A program made the translations under genes and the position numbers. Shown here one piece after another: positions 1-9,368 of a DNA stretch of 64,000 bases. Under the pieces are notes generated by a model, which saw only the letters and a list, made by a program, of their open reading frames with translations, was not told the origin of the DNA and did no database searches. The DNA is from a virus (lineage: Duplodnaviria; Caudoviricetes). Numbering within the stretch: the first letter of the stretch is position 1; each line of letters starts with the position of its first letter. Location of the stretch: positions 1 to 64,000 of IMG/VR virus record IMGVR_UViG_3300037400_003797; one strand, 5' to 3'.

Positions 1-22
1 CTACAAGAGCGAGGAGTAACAA

Positions 23-529
23 ATGGCAAATATTACACAGAACGGAAACCTTATCACAAAAGGTACAGACTGTTATGTATATGTTGACTTTCAAGACGAT
101 TCCGGGGCTGGTGCAGAGAAAATCGGTCTTTCTTCTGAATACAGCGCAACAAAGGACATGGAAGTTCAGAAAGCCAATGTATTGGGTGAAATCGTTCCTG
201 TATCGGTTGATATTGTCGGTATCAATGCCACAATTCACCTTTCTGGACTTATCCCGGCAAAGAATGTTTCAAGCGAATATTACACAGACGGAAAGAGCGT
301 CAAAAACTTCAACCCGGATGCAAAGAAAATCATTTCCGGCGAAAACGGCGCAAAAATCCCTTATATCTGCTTGAAAGACAAGAAGAGCGGCTCAATTATC
401 GGTTACGGTACATGGGGCGTTCCTTCGCGCTATTCAGAAAACACACAGGGTAAAAACTATGTGCAGGTTTCTGTAGACATTCAGCTTGTGGACTACAAGA
501 ACGGTGCTGACTACGAGCAGGTATTGTAA
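23..529 (+). CDS. Putative tail tube protein
   Basis: 168 aa beta-rich ORF with GAGGAG RBS, upstream of chaperone-like genes; context-based call. Confidence 0.55.
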   Translation: MANITQNGNLITKGTDCYVYVDFQDDSGAGAEKIGLSSEYSATKDMEVQKANVLGEIVPVSVDIVGINATIHLSGLIPAKNVSSEYYTDGKSVKNFNPDAKKIISGENGAKIPYICLKDKKSGSIIGYGTWGVPSRYSENTQGKNYVQVSVDIQLVDYKNGADYEQVL

Positions 530-592
530 CGAATAAAAGGCGGGGCGTTGAAATATACGCCCTGTCTTAAAACCTTTTTTGGGAGTAACTAA

Positions 593-1135
593 ATGGCTAA
601 AGCAAACGAAGAAGAATTTGAAATCTCTGACGAAATCGTAGAGAAAGAAGAAGAGAGTACAGAACAGCAGAAAGATGATATTTTCTATGCTATCATCTTG
701 GGAAAACAGATAACAAAGACTATCCACACTTCACGCGGAGACTTTGTTGTGAAATTCCCGAAAGAAAAAGACAGAACGGCTATTGATTTGCTGGAAGCAA
801 GCAGAAGGGGCGGCGTACCTGTAGAAAGTTTCACTCCGGCTGCAAACAGCAGATTAAATGAGATTGCGACACTTGATATTGTCGTGATTGACGGTGCAGA
901 TTGGTATAAAGCTGCAAAACAGAGAAACAAAAACTTTTCATGGGGGGATATGCCAGATACGGAATTCGTTGATTCGCTTTTCGTTGAGGCATGGACATTT
1001 TTTCAGAAAGTGCAGTCAATGTTTTCAGACAATAAAGAATCAGAAAATACAGAAAAGGCTCACAAAAAAGACATTTCTGAAACTGTGGGCGGCGGTTTAT
1101 TTTCGGGTTCTGCCACAACAGGTAAACGCGATTGA
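593..1135 (+). CDS. Putative tail assembly chaperone
   Basis: Acidic 180 aa ORF after the tube-like gene, overlapping a second-frame ORF. Confidence 0.55.
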   Translation: MAKANEEEFEISDEIVEKEEESTEQQKDDIFYAIILGKQITKTIHTSRGDFVVKFPKEKDRTAIDLLEASRRGGVPVESFTPAANSRLNEIATLDIVVIDGADWYKAAKQRNKNFSWGDMPDTEFVDSLFVEAWTFFQKVQSMFSDNKESENTEKAHKKDISETVGGGLFSGSATTGKRD

Positions 1136-1325
1136 CGAGGATTATCTGGAACTTGTATATAACTTTGCGAACACCTACACAGAAGAGGGAATTCGTGAAT
1201 GGTACAGGGATATAAATAAGGAAGATTCAAACACAGAGGATTCAACGGATAATCTGCTTGATTTGGGTTATACTTGGAAAGAAATCCTTGAAATGCAGGG
1301 TACGGATAATCAAGAAAACGAATAA
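888..1325 (+). CDS. Second tail chaperone segment (start uncertain, possibly reached by frameshift)
   Basis: Protein-like from about 1080 (LWAAVYFRVLP...); no good start or RBS nearby; A6 run at 1064-1069. Confidence 0.45.
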   Translation: MTVQIGIKLQNRETKTFHGGICQIRNSLIRFSLRHGHFFRKCSQCFQTIKNQKIQKRLTKKTFLKLWAAVYFRVLPQQVNAIDEDYLELVYNFANTYTEEGIREWYRDINKEDSNTEDSTDNLLDLGYTWKEILEMQGTDNQENE

Positions 1326-1328
1326 ATC

Positions 1329-1358
1329 AAACGGTCGGTTATTGCTGACCGTTTTTTT
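1329..1358. terminator. Intrinsic terminator between convergent genes
   Basis: AAACGGTCGG-TTATT-GCTGACCGTTTTTTT hairpin plus T tract. Confidence 0.75.
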
Positions 1359-1614
1359 ATACTCTATCTCCGTTTATATATCTTGCTATTGGTATGTTGT
1401 TATCGACATTTGAATCATTGTCAGAATAAGCAACACAAATACCATCGCCCATTTGATAAAGAACTTCATGCAGATTTTCTTCTTCATCTGGATTCTTATT
1501 ATTGAGCAAGGTTTCTATTTGTTCGCAGGTTTTAAGATATTTGAAAAACAAATCTTCTGCTTTGTATGCGAGTTTATCAATTTGTTTCTTTTCTTCTGGT
1601 GTAAAATCTCTCAT
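1357..1614 (-). CDS. Hypothetical protein
   Basis: 85 aa ORF with GGAG RBS, end of minus-strand operon. Confidence 0.7.
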   Translation of the reverse strand: MRDFTPEEKKQIDKLAYKAEDLFFKYLKTCEQIETLLNNKNPDEEENLHEVLYQMGDGICVAYSDNDSNVDNNIPIARYINGDRV

Positions 1615-1617
1615 AGT

Positions 1618-1797
1618 TTATTCTCCTTTTTTATACATCATAATCATTTTACCTTTGTAAAAGATTTTACACTCTGTATGCTTATCCTTAAAACAGTCCA
1701 AAGCATAATGGAACATTTCTTTCTTGTTATTAAAACAAACTTCAAGCATTTCTAATGCACCGCTTCTACATTTCAATGTAATATCATAATGTCTCAT
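1618..1797 (-). CDS. Small hypothetical protein (59 aa, not in ORF track)
   Basis: MRHYDITLKC... read by eye; AAGGAG RBS; fills operon gap. Confidence 0.6.
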   Translation of the reverse strand: MRHYDITLKCRSGALEMLEVCFNNKKEMFHYALDCFKDKHTECKIFYKGKMIMMYKKGE

Positions 1798-1845
1798 AGT
1801 TACTCCTTAGTCGATTTTTGTTTTTGTGGTCATTTTATACCTCGC

Positions 1846-2400
1846 TTAGAAAGCTCTTCTGAAAATGGAATCATCAGCGGGCTTCCATTCTTTGTAATTT
1901 ACCCATTTTCTTTTGATTGCCGAGAATCTATCGGCTTCTACAATTTCACCGTCTATAAAACAATATAAACGATTGTGAATAAGGTTCGTACACTTTCCGC
2001 TATACTGTATAAGGTTACGAACAGACCTGTTCCAAATATCCAAATCTACCTTATGTTTGATTGATAAAGAAACGCCATCGACATAGTTCAGAGTTCCGTT
2101 TGCAAGAAAAAGATAATCTGCAAACTCTTTGACATTACCATAAACAATTATATTCTCTATATTCGGATAATGTTCTTTATAATACTTTGCCAGAGCGTCC
2201 ACATTACAGAATTCGAAAGGTTCTCCACCTGTAAGGAACAGTGTTTCACAGTCCTTTAATTCATCTTCCGTAACAAGTGGAATATCATCTAAAGAATAAC
2301 ATTTATTGCAGCAATTAGGGCAATGTCTTGAACAGAGATTTGTTACCATAAGGTGTATTTTCTTAGATGTTTCTTCTGTCTTTTCGTTTAAGATACTCAT
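1846..2400 (-). CDS. Radical SAM domain protein
   Basis: CxxxCxxC (CSRHCPNC) and LTGGEP motif. Confidence 0.8.
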   Translation of the reverse strand: MSILNEKTEETSKKIHLMVTNLCSRHCPNCCNKCYSLDDIPLVTEDELKDCETLFLTGGEPFEFCNVDALAKYYKEHYPNIENIIVYGNVKEFADYLFLANGTLNYVDGVSLSIKHKVDLDIWNRSVRNLIQYSGKCTNLIHNRLYCFIDGEIVEADRFSAIKRKWVNYKEWKPADDSIFRRAF

Positions 2401-2741
2401 TATTTTACCTCATTTAGAAAGGCTTTTGCTAAATCCATGCTGTCTTTAATTTGTATGTTATCTTCATAATCAATTCTGCCTTGTATTATAAAATATAAAT
2501 CGCGAATTATATTTTCTGCTTTATTGAGTTTTTCCTTTACGAATGAATCAAGTTTTACAGGCTGTAGAAACTTTGTGTAAAAGAAGCCGGAAAAACCTTC
2601 AAGAAATACAACTTCTATACCAGCTTCGCATTTGAAACTGTCGGTACGGCAAGTCCAGACCTTACCTAAATTCTTTCCTTTTGATTCTAGGCAAGTGTGC
2701 ATTACAACCTTGTCGCCTTTTTTCAGTTTTATTTCGCTCAT
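2400..2741 (-). CDS. Hypothetical phage protein
   Basis: 113 aa ORF abutting the next gene. Confidence 0.7.
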   Translation of the reverse strand: MSEIKLKKGDKVVMHTCLESKGKNLGKVWTCRTDSFKCEAGIEVVFLEGFSGFFYTKFLQPVKLDSFVKEKLNKAENIIRDLYFIIQGRIDYEDNIQIKDSMDLAKAFLNEVK

Positions 2742-2787
2742 ATTTCCTCGCTTTTTCAGTTGTTAAGTAATCCTTTACAACTGACTT

Positions 2788-3252
2788 TTACTTGATTGAA
2801 TTAAGAAAATCCACGGTATTCTTTAGAATATCTTTCACTTCATCAGAATAGCCGAATCTGCTTTGATTGATTTCGATTGACCTGTAGATATTGCCGTCTG
2901 CATGGCGTTCTGAACTTGCTTTCCAATCGCAGAGCATTTCCAAAAGGTCAAGCAATGTCATGTCTTTTATGCCGTTCGCGAAGTGTTCCGGGTGGTGTCT
3001 GTTATTCTTGTAGTGAATATCAAGAGCAGGTTTTAGCCCGGCAAGAAAACTTTTGTATTCCTCGCTTCCATAGGTACAATGCTTCAATTTTGGTGTGTAT
3101 TCATCAAACATCGCTTTTTCGGTTTTGTCATGGATTTTGTCAAAATCATGCAGCTTTGCTTTTCTTGCAAGTTCTTTCTTGCAGATAGCAAGATAATGAG
3201 CAACGCGCTTAATATGTTTTCTTGTGTCGTTTTTACTGTCGTATTTTTTCAT
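2788..3252 (-). CDS. DUF5662-like (HD-like) protein
   Basis: HDxDK, HYxxNRHHPEHF and EMLCDW motifs; start set to ATG 3252. Confidence 0.7.
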   Translation of the reverse strand: MKKYDSKNDTRKHIKRVAHYLAICKKELARKAKLHDFDKIHDKTEKAMFDEYTPKLKHCTYGSEEYKSFLAGLKPALDIHYKNNRHHPEHFANGIKDMTLLDLLEMLCDWKASSERHADGNIYRSIEINQSRFGYSDEVKDILKNTVDFLNSIK

Positions 3253-3304
3253 AACATAAAGCTCCTTTTTTTTCAGTTGTAAAGAAATGTTTGACAACTG
3301 ATTT

Positions 3305-4207
3305 TTACAAAGTATCGAACAGGGTTCTTTGAAGTCGGTAATTGTTTTTCCTGTATTCTTCATAAACCTTGTGCCATATCATTTCACATTGCTTCCTTTC
3401 TTCCGGGAAGTAAACAGACATAACATCAAGCTGCACTTGCAAATCTACAGAATAGGGGCAGCCTTTACAGCCTGTACGCTTAAAGTTGTAGGGCGGATAA
3501 TACAGTTTACAAAGCTCTATGTTAAAGTTCTTTACAAAGTCATTTATCCATTCATCAGATACAACTAAAAGCGGGTGAAATTTGTGTAAGTTCTTACAGT
3601 CGGCATCATAAAAAACAGCACAAGATTTAACGCTTTGCCTTAATCCCCCTTCATCTTGCCTTATGCCTGTTATTGTTATTGGTCTTTTGTTTTTCTCTGA
3701 CCATAACGCCGCAGGCTCTTTCTTCAATTTGTAGCAGCACTTATCGGAAACTTTCAGTGTAAAGCATTGTGTAAAGTTGTATTTCAGTTTATCCGGGCAA
3801 AGAAAACTTGTCTTTGTTCCATTGCCTAGATAATTGCTTACAGTCTTACACATTCCGCTATGCTGATACAAAGCCACCTTTTGACTATGCTCTTTTGATT
3901 TGAACGGATAACCGTTTTCATCAAGCATTTTCTTTATATTTTGAGAAGGTTTTATAATCTGCAAGCGTCCGTCACGCTTACCGTATTCCTTCACAAAATC
4001 CACTATTGCCCGATAATCAATCCCGGTGTTTATGTAAACTCTAGGAATCTGATTGCCGGGAAGGGCTAAATCAAACAATGCACTAAGCACCGTTGAATCT
4101 TTTCCACCGCTGAAAGAAATGTAGGCTTTATGTTCCAAGTCGTACAATTCATTCATTGATTTTATTTTCTGCAATCTGTCAGAAAGCAGAAATTCAAAGT
4201 CCGTCAC
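3305..4207 (-). CDS. PAPS reductase-family (PP-loop) protein
   Basis: SFSGGKDS PP-loop, CCxxLKK, TGIR and RTGCxxCP motifs. Confidence 0.85.
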   Translation of the reverse strand: MTDFEFLLSDRLQKIKSMNELYDLEHKAYISFSGGKDSTVLSALFDLALPGNQIPRVYINTGIDYRAIVDFVKEYGKRDGRLQIIKPSQNIKKMLDENGYPFKSKEHSQKVALYQHSGMCKTVSNYLGNGTKTSFLCPDKLKYNFTQCFTLKVSDKCCYKLKKEPAALWSEKNKRPITITGIRQDEGGLRQSVKSCAVFYDADCKNLHKFHPLLVVSDEWINDFVKNFNIELCKLYYPPYNFKRTGCKGCPYSVDLQVQLDVMSVYFPEERKQCEMIWHKVYEEYRKNNYRLQRTLFDTL

Positions 4208-4322
4208 GCTTACCGTATACGCAGAAGTCTGTATATACGGATTTTCTACTTGCTAAAAAGCCACGGTTTACAAAATTACGCTTTTACCACAATTCGCAAA
4301 AGCAACCTTGTCTACAAGGATT

Positions 4323-4514
4323 CTAAGCGTTTTCCTCCTGTTTTAAGTTTCCCTTATCGAAGAGTTTTACAAAACACTCCGTACAGATATGTTTATGAAT
4401 ATGGCTACTGTTTCCTCTCAATCTGTCTGGAATGTTTTCTACAATATGAGAAAGGTGTTTACTTGTGACGGTAAACTCGCTTTCTTCTTTTCCGCATAAA
4501 TCACATGGTTTCAT
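4323..4514 (-). CDS. Small zinc-finger protein
   Basis: CDLC...CTEC. Confidence 0.55.
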   Translation of the reverse strand: MKPCDLCGKEESEFTVTSKHLSHIVENIPDRLRGNSSHIHKHICTECFVKLFDKGNLKQEENA

Positions 4515-4804
4515 TTCTTATCACCTCTTCCTTCGGCTCTCGCAAGGTTCTTCTGGAAGCACTTTTGCAGGGCTTCTTCAATGTCGATAGTTGGCTCGTT
4601 TGCGCAGATAATCAGAATACAGGCGATAACATCAGCAAGCTCTGATTCAAAGTGTTCCTGTAATTCGATTATGTTTCTTTCATATTCGCAGTTATCATTG
4701 ATTACAGAATCAAGTGTATTGTAGGCTTCTGTAGCCTTGTGTTTTTTTTGCACAGTCAGCCCCCAGATAAAAAGCCTCATCGCAAGCTTTGTTATATCCG
4801 TCAT
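4511..4804 (-). CDS. MazG-like nucleotide pyrophosphohydrolase (possibly truncated)
   Basis: ESELADV...IDIEEAL...KN helical motif. Confidence 0.55.
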   Translation of the reverse strand: MTDITKLAMRLFIWGLTVQKKHKATEAYNTLDSVINDNCEYERNIIELQEHFESELADVIACILIICANEPTIDIEEALQKCFQKNLARAEGRGDKK

Positions 4805-4928
4805 TTGCGCCTTGCCAATAAGCACCTTCAACTTCCCTTAGCACAAAGTTTGCAATCTGGCTGTTTTCGAATTTCGGATAAGTTCGAGTTATTGAATATT
4901 GCTTTGATTCCTTTTCAAACATTCTCAC
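4710..4928 (-). CDS. Hypothetical protein
   Basis: ORF coupled to 4925-5161; overlaps the MazG-like ORF. Confidence 0.4.
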   Translation of the reverse strand: MRMFEKESKQYSITRTYPKFENSQIANFVLREVEGAYWQGANDGYNKACDEAFYLGADCAKKTQGYRSLQYT

Positions 4929-5161
4929 GCTCCCTTTACAATGTGTTTTACATATATTTCAATAGGAATACGAATTGGTGTTGAGCAAAAATCTATTGCA
5001 ACGGCAAGAATACAGGTCTTAAAGAAACCCAATTTCGGCACAAAATTAAATACCAACGGCAACAAAAAATTGAATCCGATGTAAATAAATATGCCGGAAA
5101 ACAGCCATACCAGAAATTCAGTAACAACAAGCTCTAAAATCATCAGTCCAATCTTTTTCAT
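4925..5161 (-). CDS. Small membrane protein
   Basis: Hydrophobic 78 aa ORF. Confidence 0.6.
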   Translation of the reverse strand: MKKIGLMILELVVTEFLVWLFSGIFIYIGFNFLLPLVFNFVPKLGFFKTCILAVAIDFCSTPIRIPIEIYVKHIVKGA

Positions 5162-5505
5162 TTCTTTATCCTCTCAAAGTAAAATTTCTTATCCCACTTA
5201 TTTACGGTTATCATTCCGTAACGCTCGGCGATACGGAAAAGAAACTGTTTCTGCAGGCGGCTTATGACACCTGCAAGAAGCCAATTTTTGAAGTCGTACA
5301 GAAGAAGTGTACTCTTGTATTTGTTGCACATTCTGCAGGCAGGGTTTGCGTTTTCGATTGAATCAGCTCCGCCACGCTTTAATGCTACAATGTGGTCAAT
5401 CTGCATTTCTTCGATTCTGATTTTGCAGCCACAATAGGCACAATGTCCTTTGTACTTCTGATATATCCGTCTACGCTCTTCTTTAGTCCACTTTCTACGC
5501 TTCAT
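5158..5505 (-). CDS. HNH endonuclease
   Basis: CAYCG...IDHIV...N...CRMCN. Confidence 0.85.
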   Translation of the reverse strand: MKRRKWTKEERRRIYQKYKGHCAYCGCKIRIEEMQIDHIVALKRGGADSIENANPACRMCNKYKSTLLLYDFKNWLLAGVISRLQKQFLFRIAERYGMITVNKWDKKFYFERIKK

Positions 5506-5833
5506 CTATAACCTCTTTTACATCTGTAAGGTGTATGGCATACACAGGCTTGTCGATGTGCAAGTCTGTGTTCTTACCGTTTATTATTTCAACCTTTGAA
5601 ATAAAAGCCCTAAGCCTCGTTTCTGGGTTATAACCTAATTGCAGATAACAAATAATCGGGAACATTCCTAATTCTTGTCGTTCTTTGCAATCAAAAGGAA
5701 ACATTTCACTAGGCAAACAGTTTTCTTTCCACAACCTTGATGTCCAATATTGTTTAACTTCTCTGTATTCAATCGTCTTTTCGCCGGACTTGATTTTTTC
5801 ATACCATTGTTTTTTAAGAGGGAATATCAGCAT
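5495..5833 (-). CDS. ASCH domain protein
   Basis: WYEKIKSGEKTIEYRE motif; start at ATG 5833. Confidence 0.75.
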   Translation of the reverse strand: MLIFPLKKQWYEKIKSGEKTIEYREVKQYWTSRLWKENCLPSEMFPFDCKERQELGMFPIICYLQLGYNPETRLRAFISKVEIINGKNTDLHIDKPVYAIHLTDVKEVIDEA

Positions 5834-5840
5834 ACACACC

Positions 5841-6026
5841 TCACACAATATCGAACAAAGTCGGCTGTTTTGCGGCTTCGCGGTTCTTCCTTTCTTCAAG
5901 CAGTTTGTCTACTCTGGATTCAAGAATCTTTGATTTTTCGAGAGCTTCTTTTGAGCGTGTTTTGAAATACTCTTTTTGTGCGGCTCTCATGTCGTGTACC
6001 AAATCGGCGAATTCGCCTGTAGTCAT
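5841..6026 (-). CDS. Hypothetical phage protein
   Basis: MTTGEFADLVHDMRAAQKEYF; AGGAG RBS. Confidence 0.7.
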   Translation of the reverse strand: MTTGEFADLVHDMRAAQKEYFKTRSKEALEKSKILESRVDKLLEERKNREAAKQPTLFDIV

Positions 6027-6036
6027 TTCTGCTCCT

Positions 6037-6128
6037 AAAAAAAAGAAGCCCGCGCAGTCCTCGACAACTACACGGGCAGTAAACGCCTTAAAAAAGCGTT
6101 CAATCATGTCGAGGGGAGATTCAACGCT
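6037..6128 (-). promoter_or_regulatory. Paired-loop attenuator leader A
   Basis: Upstream hairpin loop CCUCGACA is complementary to terminator loop UGUCGAGG; U tract precedes the RBS. Confidence 0.7.
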
Positions 6129-6148
6129 CTTTTCTTGTTTATAAATCG

Positions 6149-6234
6149 AATTTACACCGATATTTATTATTTGTCAATACTAGAAACAGTAAAAGATACT
6201 ATAAATTGACAGAATAACGGAATGAATGTATTAT
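6149..6234. promoter_or_regulatory. Divergent sigma70-type promoters
   Basis: Minus: TTGACA(6172-6177)-17-TAAATT; plus: TTGACA(6206-6211)-17-TATTAT. Confidence 0.65.
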
Positions 6235-6263
6235 AGAAAATAAGATTGTGGTGAGGTGGAAAA

Positions 6264-7787
6264 GTGCTGAATGGCTTGATAAACGGCAAAAAAGAAAGTT
6301 ACTCGCGTTATATTGCACAAGCCCCACAGCCGATTGTAGAAATTGTAGAATTTAATCCTTCACTTGGAAATGAAATCCCTGTTATAGATTTTTCGGCAAT
6401 AAGAAAATCACCTATTGGAAAAGTTATATTAGCTGACAATGATGAGCAGAATGTTTTACAAGGGTATTCTTTCAAATTTTCTACAAGTGATACAGAAGGA
6501 AGTTTCACACTAACCTTGCATCCGGGCAATGCTGACAAGCCGTATTTTGACAAAATAAAACCGTTGCAGATTGTAAAAATCTATGAAAGAGATAATACAG
6601 GCAGAACACCCGACTTTGTGGGTGTAATCAACAGAAAGAAATTTGTCGCACAGCCGGGAAGCGGTTTGAGAATCAGCATAACAGGAAAATCAGTAGCAAG
6701 TTTTATCAGCAGATTCAAGATTAGTCTTGACCTTAATGCTATGGCGATTACAGAACAACTTGAATCTCAACAGGCATTATCTACAGCACTTACGGCAAGT
6801 CTTGCAGAAGGGAAAATATTAAAAGTTTCAGAAGTTCTAAAGAAAATCTGGGAATACTCCAAAGATTGTGCTTCTAAATGCATTAAACTCTCAAATCCAG
6901 CAATAGAAAAATATGTAGAGAAATATCTAGGAAGCAATTTCTTTTCTTTTGATGAAGAAATGGAGCTTTCCTATCCGCTTTCAAGTGTTTTTAACGGTCA
7001 GAATACAATTATGTTCTGGGATATTGTAAGCGGTATTATTCCGTTTCCTGTTTATGAACGGTTTGCTTTTATCGACGAAAAAGGAAAGACAAAAATAAAA
7101 ATCCGCGAAGTGCCTTTTGATTGTTCTGGTGACGGTTTGGGATTCTCTTCATGGGATAAACTCGAAAAGAACAAGACAGAGTTAGACCCCGCAATCGTCA
7201 AAGGTATTGACCTTGATGTTTCTGATGATGAAGTTTATACGGCTTTTTTCTCTTATGTTATTGGCTCTCCAATAGAGCAGGATAAGGCTTTAAGGCTTGC
7301 TGCACAAACAGGCGGATTCGGTAACGAAAAAGTAGAGATTTACAATAAAAAAGCTGCTATCTACGGTTATAGCCCTTTAACCGTCAATTTTAATGGGTAT
7401 GGCACAAAGGAAAAAACAGCATCAGACCCGGAAAAAAGTTCTGCATACGACAAACTTAATAAACGCCTTATGAATTGGTACGGACATCTTGAAGAGATGT
7501 TAAAAGGCACTATTACAATCTCAACTATTGTAAACAAAGAAGAGAGCAAAGATGAAAAAACACCTATGTGTGGTGAGATTGTTTCTTTTCTTGGCGGCGA
7601 ATTCTATGTGAACGAAGTTGAACATACTTGGAACTTTGGCGGAAACCCGGAAACAAAATTAACGGTATCTCGTGGTGGAAATTACGAAAAGAAAAAGTTT
7701 GCTCCATTAGAGGGTATTACAAAACGCTATGTACTCTTTAAGCAGCTTCTTGATACGGCAAAGGCTAAGGGAATCAATATTCTGTAG
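6264..7787 (+). CDS. Putative baseplate hub protein (gp27/gp44-like)
   Basis: 507 aa; C-terminal FYVNEVEHTW...LTVSRG; first gene of baseplate cluster. Confidence 0.6.
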   Translation: MLNGLINGKKESYSRYIAQAPQPIVEIVEFNPSLGNEIPVIDFSAIRKSPIGKVILADNDEQNVLQGYSFKFSTSDTEGSFTLTLHPGNADKPYFDKIKPLQIVKIYERDNTGRTPDFVGVINRKKFVAQPGSGLRISITGKSVASFISRFKISLDLNAMAITEQLESQQALSTALTASLAEGKILKVSEVLKKIWEYSKDCASKCIKLSNPAIEKYVEKYLGSNFFSFDEEMELSYPLSSVFNGQNTIMFWDIVSGIIPFPVYERFAFIDEKGKTKIKIREVPFDCSGDGLGFSSWDKLEKNKTELDPAIVKGIDLDVSDDEVYTAFFSYVIGSPIEQDKALRLAAQTGGFGNEKVEIYNKKAAIYGYSPLTVNFNGYGTKEKTASDPEKSSAYDKLNKRLMNWYGHLEEMLKGTITISTIVNKEESKDEKTPMCGEIVSFLGGEFYVNEVEHTWNFGGNPETKLTVSRGGNYEKKKFAPLEGITKRYVLFKQLLDTAKAKGINIL

Positions 7788-7794
7788 GTGATTT

Positions 7795-8754
7795 ATGGCG
7801 AAAGAAATAAGCATTGTATTAAATCGTAATTCCTCACCTATGAACAATCCAACAATTCCCGCTCCAATGCCGCCTATAAAAAACATGATTGGATTCTGGG
7901 GAACGGTAACGGAAGTACACCCGGAAAACTGTACTTGCCGTGTAAGAATGGCAAGCGGTTATGTAATTGCGAATGTTCGCGTTATGGTTCAGTCATGGGT
8001 AACGGTTGATGATGAAAAAGGGTATTTGAGCGGCGAGCGATATTTGCCGCCTGTTGATACTTTTGTGCTTTGTGTATGCCCGGAAGGAAATTTAGCGGAC
8101 ACCGTGATTATCGGTAGCGGCTTTGCTCTTTCTGCTGCTGTTCATGCGGATTTTAAGACAGATTCAGACGACAAGAAAGAACTTGATAACGCTGCAAACA
8201 CAAGAAAAATTGTGAAGAATTCGGGCTGGACTTTTGAAACTGACTACCGAAACGGCTCTAAAAAAATCCGTAATGCGCCGGAAGAAGGTGACGCAACAAT
8301 CAGCATAGAAGTGAATCAAGGCGAGGACGGCGAAAAAGCGGACGGCGGAGTAACAACGATTAAGGCATACGGTACGACACTCACGCTGACCGAAAAAGAC
8401 GACCCGGAAATAAAGGTTGAAACAATCGGAAACACAATCTTTGACATAACAGAAGATACGATTGAGTTTTCGACTGACGCTGAAATAAAGCGGACTATTA
8501 AAAAGGCTTTTACGCTTGAAACACAGGACGCTTTGACTTTGACGGCTCAAAAAGATGTCGGCTTGAAGTCAAGTGGAAGCGGAAAACTTGAACTTGGAAA
8601 TACTGTAGCGACTTTGGGAGCGATGATAAATGACTTGCTCGGTTATCTTGCAAGCCTAAAGACAGTCGGAAGCCCGGCAAGCCATACGGCAGCCCCGGAT
8701 TTTATAGCACAGATACAAGCACTTAAAGCAAAGTGGGGGCAGGTGTTTAAATGA
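7795..8754 (+). CDS. Putative baseplate spike (gpV-like)
   Basis: N-terminal GTVTEVHP OB-fold-like region, beta-rich C-terminus; context. Confidence 0.6.
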   Translation: MAKEISIVLNRNSSPMNNPTIPAPMPPIKNMIGFWGTVTEVHPENCTCRVRMASGYVIANVRVMVQSWVTVDDEKGYLSGERYLPPVDTFVLCVCPEGNLADTVIIGSGFALSAAVHADFKTDSDDKKELDNAANTRKIVKNSGWTFETDYRNGSKKIRNAPEEGDATISIEVNQGEDGEKADGGVTTIKAYGTTLTLTEKDDPEIKVETIGNTIFDITEDTIEFSTDAEIKRTIKKAFTLETQDALTLTAQKDVGLKSSGSGKLELGNTVATLGAMINDLLGYLASLKTVGSPASHTAAPDFIAQIQALKAKWGQVFK

Positions 8755-9356
8755 GTTTAGTACAGTCAAAACTTAAAAATGATTTACTCGCGGCTTTTAA
8801 TTCCATGACAGACGGTGACGATACTGTTTTTGCAAAGAAGGTTTCTAAAGCCGTTGCGGATTATGCGCAGACAGGAGTTGTTTCAACAACTGACGCAGGC
8901 GCAATTTCGGCTGGTGCTTTTACAGGAAAAGGCACAGGAAGTATAAGCGTACAATCTTCTATCTGTGAAAACATTCTGATTGCGGCTTGCCGTGCTATGG
9001 CGAATATGACAAGTGGCGGCGACACATACCTTGCGGCGCAAATGGCAAGCGGAATTCATGCGATGATTTCAGCCGGACAGGTAACAACATCTGTTGTAGG
9101 TACGGTTATTCCGCCTAGTGGTGGCTCTTCTCCAATGGCAGGAAGCGCAAAGGGAAAAATGGTAGGTGTTTCTGCAACAATTCAAGCCGGGCTTATCGCA
9201 ACATTTCAAGCAATGGGAGCAATGACAGAGGGCGGAGATAAGTATTTTGCTGAACAGGCTGCAAATGTCGTTACTTCATACCTAAAGGCGGCAGTTATCA
9301 CCACAAACGGTACAGGAAGCATTGCGGGAAGTATTGGAAGCGGAAACATGATGTAG
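8751..9356 (+). CDS. Gly/Ala-rich baseplate-associated protein with internal duplication
   Basis: Repeated M(T)xGGDxYxAxQ segments; lies within baseplate operon. Confidence 0.55.
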   Translation: MSLVQSKLKNDLLAAFNSMTDGDDTVFAKKVSKAVADYAQTGVVSTTDAGAISAGAFTGKGTGSISVQSSICENILIAACRAMANMTSGGDTYLAAQMASGIHAMISAGQVTTSVVGTVIPPSGGSSPMAGSAKGKMVGVSATIQAGLIATFQAMGAMTEGGDKYFAEQAANVVTSYLKAAVITTNGTGSIAGSIGSGNMM

Positions 9357-9368
9357 AGGTAATAGAAA

